From Flaccisagitta enflata (lineage: Eukaryota): 64,000 bases of DNA. Positions 53,956-64,000 of the stretch are shown here, piece after piece. Location: positions 29,822,001 to 29,886,000 of the forward strand of contig OZ231126.1 in assembly GCA_965153355.1 (NCBI GenBank). Direction: 5' to 3'. The position numbers and the translations under genes were made by a program. The notes beneath the pieces are model-generated. The model was not told the origin of the DNA, searched no databases, and worked only from the letters and a program-made list of their open reading frames with translations. How positions within the stretch are numbered: position 1 is the stretch's first letter; each line of letters begins with the position of its first letter.

Positions 53956-56431
53956 AGAAATGATAACGCCCGGCGCACCGTCTTGGCCCGTGTATCCGGC
54001 CTTGTTCCTTCCCACTTTGCCTGCCGCACCTGCCGCTCTTTGGTACTTACCTGTCGCGTAGCAAAGCTTCCATGCTACACAGAATCGGCACGTCTGATTA
54101 TTCATTGGTAATGTTGAATTAGTATTGTTTTTCTTTTTGGTCAAATTCTATGGCAAACAACCCGAAAAAAACATATGAATAAAGAAAAAAATGAAGTAAG
54201 TAGAGAGGAGAAAGACGAAAATGGAAAGGGAGCTCAACAACTAAACAAGGCCAAGTAGGCCAATAAGGTGCGACGTGTTGATCGTCGAACGAATGCGTTA
54301 CAGACCAACCGACAGACCAACAGACGGACAGAGCCAGTTATAGAGGTGCTTTGTCGCACCTAAAAAGAAAGAGGGAGAGAAAATTCAAAAAACAAAAACA
54401 TAAACAAAACGAAAAAAACAAACAAAAAAGGCAAAAAAAAAAGTTAGATAGTTTTGGCATGTGATTGAATTGAATGTCCTTCATTGGTTGAATTGAAAAA
54501 AATCATATGGTTTTAAAATTGCAGAGATGGTATTTTTAGTCGCGTGCTACGCGACTCTATACCCCGCTTTGTCCGTTCGTCCGTCGGTCGGTTGGTCCCC
54601 TTTTTGGGCAGCGGCCCCGAAGGGGACGAAGTCCTGTAGAACAAAGGGGGGATCTGTCCGTCCGTCCATCTGTCCGTCCCCCCCCTGCCCCATCCTCAGG
54701 GCTTCGTCTCCTTTGGGGCCCAAATCCAAATTGTATGGCTCATATCCAATCAAAATGGCTCAAATCCAGGCTGAATGGGCCAAATCTGGCTAGAAAACCT
54801 GAATTCTGGCCTGAGTTCTATCATTTTGGCCCCTTTGACTTAGATTCTGGCTTCTTAAACCCACATCCTAGCCTTAGAGACCCACATCTTGATCTCTGGG
54901 ACCCAGAATCTGACCTCCAAGACCCAGGATCTGGCCTCAAAGCCCTAAATTCTGGCTTCAGAAACCCAAATCCTGTTCTCAGAGACTAAAATCCTGGCCT
55001 TTGAGACCAAGAAATCAGTCAGAGACCCAGAAACTGACCTCAGAGACCCAGATCCTGGCCTGCTCTTCCCTCAACTTAACCTACAAACTACTCAAGAAGG
55101 GCAAGGGTACCGTTGTCCATATACTGCCTTTTGTCATCTCTCCATGGTATTCAATGAGAATTTCAGTAACAGGGCTTTCTGGACAGAAGGAAGGCAGACA
55201 GAAGGACGGACGGATGGACGGACGGATGGACAAACAGATCCCCCCTGTGTTCTACAGGACTTCATCCCCTTCGGGGCCGCTGCCCTGCTCCCCCTCAACC
55301 TAGATAACTTTATCTCAAGCAAGGCACGGGTACCGCTGACCACTTACTGCCTTTGGGCTGCTATTACTTTTTCGGGTTCTTTGAGCGTTTGAGCTCACTG
55401 CCCCTGCCCAAATGCCCAAGTGACCTTCTCAATCACTGCCCCTGCCCACCTAACCGGACTAGAGTAGCCGTGTATCCTACCCTGTGGTAATTACTTTTAG
55501 GTAGCTCTTCTTAGACTAGCAATTACATAAAATGATAAAACGTAAAATGATGAAAAAAAATCTTTATTCTACCTTCTAAGTTTTATCTTATGTCTATTTT
55601 CGGTAAGTGAATCTCCCAGAGTTAGACTAGAAAAGATTGAATGGAGAAAATAAGCATGATGAGAACGAGCAAAAAGAGAAAAAAAAGTTGAGTCTGTTCT
55701 ATGTAAATGATTTTTATTTAAAAGGAAAACTATTTTGTTGAGATCAGTCAGGACAAATATTAATTGTGGATATCTAATACAAATTTATACATTAAGTCGG
55801 GCTTAGTGGGAACAAAAAAGTATAAAATTAAAAAGCGTATCATACTCGGTATGCAAATACGAGTGGTTAAAATTGCAAACAATCTTTAATCACTCAAGAA
55901 TAAATTAATTTGAGCCTGACTTCTATGATTGACAATGTACATGAAGCATTGCAAATAGTCGACATGCTGTTTTCCGTCAATGAGATCCCAACCAGACAAA
56001 AGAGCAGCGCACGCGAGGATTTAGATTTATTTAGGGGTTTGGTGAATAGAAACGCACATGAATTTTACTCTTTCAGCTGGCCTTAGTTGGGGTGCAGTAG
56101 GGGGATTAAGGGATTTGGCGGTAGACTGATAGATGGGTGTGAACCCTGCAGACTTTGCTCTTATGTCTTGGAGTTTCCCGTTATATTTATCCTGGGGCAT
56201 GTTTGCCAAAATTCAGGAAGACACAATTTTCGACCTTAAGGATCTCAAAAAGGCCAACGCTTACTTATCTATTTATCTAACAAAAAATATCATTATCAAA
56301 GTGATTTTTTTTCCTTACTGCTAGGGCCTGTGGCAGTGATAGGGTCAATGGGTCATCATAGGATATTTTTAGAGCTCAACTCGACAACTATTTGACGCTT
56401 ATCAGAAGGAACGCCCACGCACGCCAAATCA

Positions 56432-59694
<3,263 letters not shown>

Positions 59695-61613
59695 CTGATG
59701 GGAGAAAATAGAAAAGGTCTATAAAGACTCAAGTCGAATGCTTACAACAACTCGTGTAAGGAATGAATGGACAAAAAAAGAGAAAAGGACAACGAATGAA
59801 TTAATGAGAGACATAGAGGAATGAGAATGAATGTCTCAGCATGCATGAATGAATTAATGAATGACTGAATGAATGAAAAAATGAATAAGTCTATGAAGGA
59901 ATGAATGAAGGAGTTGAGGAATGATAATGAATGTTCAAGAATGGATGAATGAATGAATGTATGAATGAGTAAGTGAATGAATGAATGAATGAATGCGATG
60001 CTAAAACGAGTATGAATTCAGTTTTCTCGCAAAAAATCGACTGCGACTTCAAATTCAAGGTTGCCCAAACATAGTTTGATTATATGTTTGACAATCTGAC
60101 AAATTGTCAGTGACAATGATTTTCTGGTGAAGAGCGTAGGCTCGAGATCAATCTTTATTTACCATTCTCCTTTTCTTAAAACAGCAACCTTAGTCATAGC
60201 TTATTTCGAGTGAGCTTAACCTTTGAAAAAAAAATATTAAATGTAATTGGATCTGAGGATATATTATTAGGTCGAAATACTACGTGATATCCACGGCTTC
60301 ATCCACGCTGTCAAAAGGCATATGGACAGGAGCAGTTGGGTGTGTCAATATGCAAAAGGTTTTTTGATCAGATGGTCATCATCAGGGATTGTTAGGACAA
60401 CAATTCTAAGATACTTACCATTTTTCTTTTTTCCAACATTTCATTCATCTTCCGTTTTTTTCTAAATCCCCATTTAGCCCCTAATGTGTATACTGTGGTG
60501 CAGCTAGTTTTGCGTCTGGATTATTGATGACAAGGAAAAGAATAAAAACACGCTGGTTCTTTTATTCTTTATACTATAAAAAAATAGTCAGTGCAGATTT
60601 TTGTTTTATTTGTTACTTTTTTTTATGTCATTATTTTAGCTGTTATGGTATATTACGCCTAGGTGGTATATTGCTTTTACTACAATTATTATGAATGTTT
60701 TTGAAAAGGGGACTCTGTTGGAAAAAAGTCGTCAGACTATCCTCCGACGAAACAGTTTACAATGCCAAATATTGTAATTTTCCATTGTCGTTGAAAATAA
60801 ATTCATTCATTCATCTTCTGCTTTTAAGATGGCCTATAGAAAATTCTTAAATTGCGCACAAAAAATTTAGTAGATAGCCCTGGGGGAGCTGATTCCAAAT
60901 CTGTGCCCATTTACCATTGCAGGAACATTTAGTACTTCAAAAAACCTCAAGTAGGTTTTCTTGGGTCGCTGGCTTGGGGGAGCAAAAAAAAAAACAAACA
61001 AAAAAGCCAGGTACACGGCAATTTTAGCCGCGGGTGGGCAGGGATAGTGACGTGAGAGGACATTAAAGCACTTTGATAGGAGCGATGATGCAAAAAATGA
61101 AAAAAAAAAAAAACGGAAAACGAGACTGACCAATAAACCAACCAACCAACAGACAGACCAACGGACCCCGTGGCTTACAAAGTGCGTGGCACGCGATTTA
61201 AAACGAGGCTTGCGGGTGGGCAGGAGCGCTAATATGGGAGGCCATTCAGGCACTCAGTCTGGGCAAGCGTAAAACCGCCAGAATCGACGTACATGATGAA
61301 CCGGCAAACAGAGTGACCAACCCAAGGGTCTCTACTAACCTTTTGGTACATCTATCTGCCTATCTATCGACCAATCACGGGCTATAACAACTTTACATCA
61401 ACTGAGTATTTATCAATCTTTTTAGTTGCGGACACGCAACTCTATAAGAAACTTTGTCCGTCCATCCGTCCATCCGTCCGTCCATTGGTCGGTCGGTTGG
61501 TCGGTCCTTCACGCTCGAGTTGAAAAGTGGGAAAACGCGCATTTCCGCACCTGTCCGCAACTGGTGGCCGTGTATCCGGCCTTGTTAGAGAGAGATAAAT
61601 CTATCAAGCAACG

Positions 61614-61706
<93 letters not shown>

Positions 61707-62355
61707 ATTTGGGTCTTCCTAAACATCAGAATCAAACAATTATAATTATGGCTTCAACATGAACAAGCCCAAGAGAGTAACAATTTCAGTATATGTGTTT
61801 CACTATAACACCTCGTCAGTAAATTACATGATTTCATAATTACAAAGATATATTCAAAAATCGCTCATAGGAGATATAGAAATTAGGGTACACGACGAGA
61901 TATTCAAGGGGCAATCAGCCAGAAGTCCGATGTTTGGTGCCCTTTTCTTCTTTTCGTTGTCGTTGTCGTAACTTATTTTTGCGGTCTGTTGCAGAAATAG
62001 TTGTTCCTATGAAGAGCAAAGAGAAATTCAACAAGGCCAAGTAGGCCAATAAGGTGCGATGTGTGGATCGTCGAACGAATGCGTTACCCAACCAACCAAC
62101 TGACGGACACAGCCAGTTATAGAGGTGCTTTGTCGCACCTAAAAAACAAACTATTTATTTATCACTCATGGAAAAAAAAATTCTTTTTGATTGCGGACAC
62201 GCAACTCTATAAGGGGCTTTATCCATCCGTCAGTCCATCTGTTGGTCCGTCCGTTGGTCCATTGGTCTGTCACGGTCGAGTTGTGTGTGTGTGAGTGTGA
62301 GTGTGTGCGTGTGTGTGCGCGTGTGTGTGTGTGTGTGTGCGCGCGCACGTGCACG

Positions 62356-62443
<88 letters not shown>

Positions 62444-62727
62444 TATGTGGGTGTGTGTGTGTGTATCTGGAAGTGTGTGAGGGAGTATGTAGGAGGGGGC
62501 TTGGATTTCCCTTGCCACCAGTCCGCAACGATATTGTGACTCCGTGTCACTTGTTTTACATTCAGGTTCAGTTATATAAGGGTTTAACTGTATTTCAATG
62601 GATTGAGCAGCAGGCCTACAGTCAAATTGAAGGGGAACCAGAGACAGAGAGACAACTTTCTATAGATGTATGAAGTTGTATAAAAAGATACTTCTTAGTT
62701 CTTACCATATCTAATTTGCATGAAGCA

Positions 62728-62772
62728 TTCTCCCGATATAGATTTCGGCCCAAGGCCTTCGTCAGGAAAAGA
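62728..62772 (-). ncRNA. Minimal type-I hammerhead ribozyme-like motif (Penelope/retrozyme style)
   Basis: Minus strand: tcttttc-CTGACGA-A-GGCC-ttg-GGCC-GAAA-T-ctat-A-TC-gggagaa. The core is intact, stem II is a perfect 4 bp, stem III is tiny, the triplet is AUC, and stem I is G-U rich. Confidence 0.55.
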
Positions 62773-63041
62773 CCTGAATGAAAACATAAACATTTGTGGA
62801 AGCATTTTGGAATACTTCAAACATTGGATCTTTATACCCCCGTGATCCAAAAAATTCTTGTTTTTTACCTTTTTAGGAAAAATTCAAGGCAAAGCTCTTC
62901 CTGTCGACAGTTTCTGCGTTAGCGCGATTCGATTCACAGAGGCATTGCAATGCTCCAACCTGTTGCAATCGTACTTTTGAGTATCACATCGAAGCAGCAA
63001 CTTTTTGCTTCGATCTATTACTTAATCAGAACATCCGACGG

Positions 63042-63555
63042 TTGGGTGCTTCACATAGCAAAAGTTGCTTATTTCTTTTCATCCTCTTTACCTAATGTGG
63101 AGTGGGCAATTTTAGGACCCTTACCAATTTTCTTTTATCAAAAATTGTTCATCTTCCGTTTTTTAGAAAATTGTTTTTGAGAGCCTAATTTGTATATTGC
63201 AGTGGGATAAAAAAGTATGCTGATCTTTTCTGAATTAACTTTTATAAACTTCTGCTCTTTAGAGAATTGTTAACCTGCTTTTTCACAAGCTCATATGTAA
63301 CTTATGCTCTGATATTTTGATTTATTTTCACATAAACCATGGTTTTCTAAAACTAACAATTGTTCCTTTTGTAACAAGACTACACAGGATTTTGCTGAAT
63401 TCTGGAAAACTGAGTTAACTTTAAGGCCAAAACAAAAACGGAAGATGAAGGAATTTTGAGAAAAGGAAAACGGTCATTTTCATGATTTTTTTCACTCCAT
63501 ATTGGGTTAGCGGGACGAGAAGAAAATCAAATTTTTTGCTATGCGAAGCACGCAA
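63042..63555. mobile_element. Mutator-like MITE with 9-bp TSD
   Basis: Imperfect TIR of about 60 bp, TTG(G/C)GTGCTTC(A/G)CATAGCAAAA...GGAGTG; ATCCGACGG duplicated at 63033-41 and 63556-64. Confidence 0.75.
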
Positions 63556-63578
63556 ATCCGACGGTTGTCCGATTTTTT

Positions 63579-63642
<64 letters not shown>

Positions 63643-63869
63643 TGTATGTCTGACTTTCTATAGTTGTCTGTAGCTGTCTGTTTGTAGCTGTTTCTAGCTG
63701 TTTGTAGCTGTCTTTAACTGTCTGTTTGTAGCTGTCTGCAACTGTCTGTTTGTAGCTGTCTGTAACTGTCTGTTGCTGTCGGTAACTGTCTGTCGGTAAC
63801 TGTCTGTCGTTAACTGTCTGTCCGTAACTGTCTGTCGGTAACTGTCTGTCGGTAACTGTCTTTCGCTAA

Positions 63870-64000
<131 letters not shown>

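Noticed and set aside
61845-61930. ISYERFL as the GPCR TM3 E/DRY motif
   Set aside because: It is flanked by in-frame stops, needs a frameshift and lacks suitable splice sites.
62706-62773. GPCR ECL1/TM3 exon (GLFLTKALGRNLYRENASCKLDM)
   Set aside because: No following TM3/ERY exon could be found before 59694, and the segment is explained by a hammerhead-like motif. Left unresolved and not included in the gene model.

Overview
Repeat-rich eukaryotic DNA, probably from an invertebrate animal, with spliceosomal GT-AG introns and no prokaryotic features. Hand splicing gives three phase-consistent gene models. (A) A minus-strand gene for a low-complexity protein of about 1,990 aa (13481->6135) with SSGQ/SEGE repeats and a Gly/Lys/Asp-rich domain. 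(B) Head-to-head with it, a 14-exon plus-strand gene (13599->42347) for a single-pass protein of about 2,020 aa, with one EGF domain and a disordered cytoplasmic tail of about 1,880 aa. (C) The TM4-TM7 half of an FMRFamide-receptor-like class A GPCR on the minus strand (59694->56432), whose last-exon start is duplicated. Introns and intergenic DNA hold Helentron/HINE-like elements with variable tandem-repeat cargo, nested Tc1/pogo-, hAT-, MULE- and CAC-terminus MITEs and foldbacks, a truncated Ty3/gypsy LTR+gag, a Tc1 transposase relic and microsatellites. The most unusual items are a 3.07-kb retroposed insertion (31599-34669) with a 10-bp TSD, an (AATTC)n tail and a CR1/L2-like 3' remnant, encoding a novel RT-less protein of 577-624 aa, and a minimal hammerhead-ribozyme-like motif at about 62.75 kb. 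All calls were made by eye and no database searches were run.
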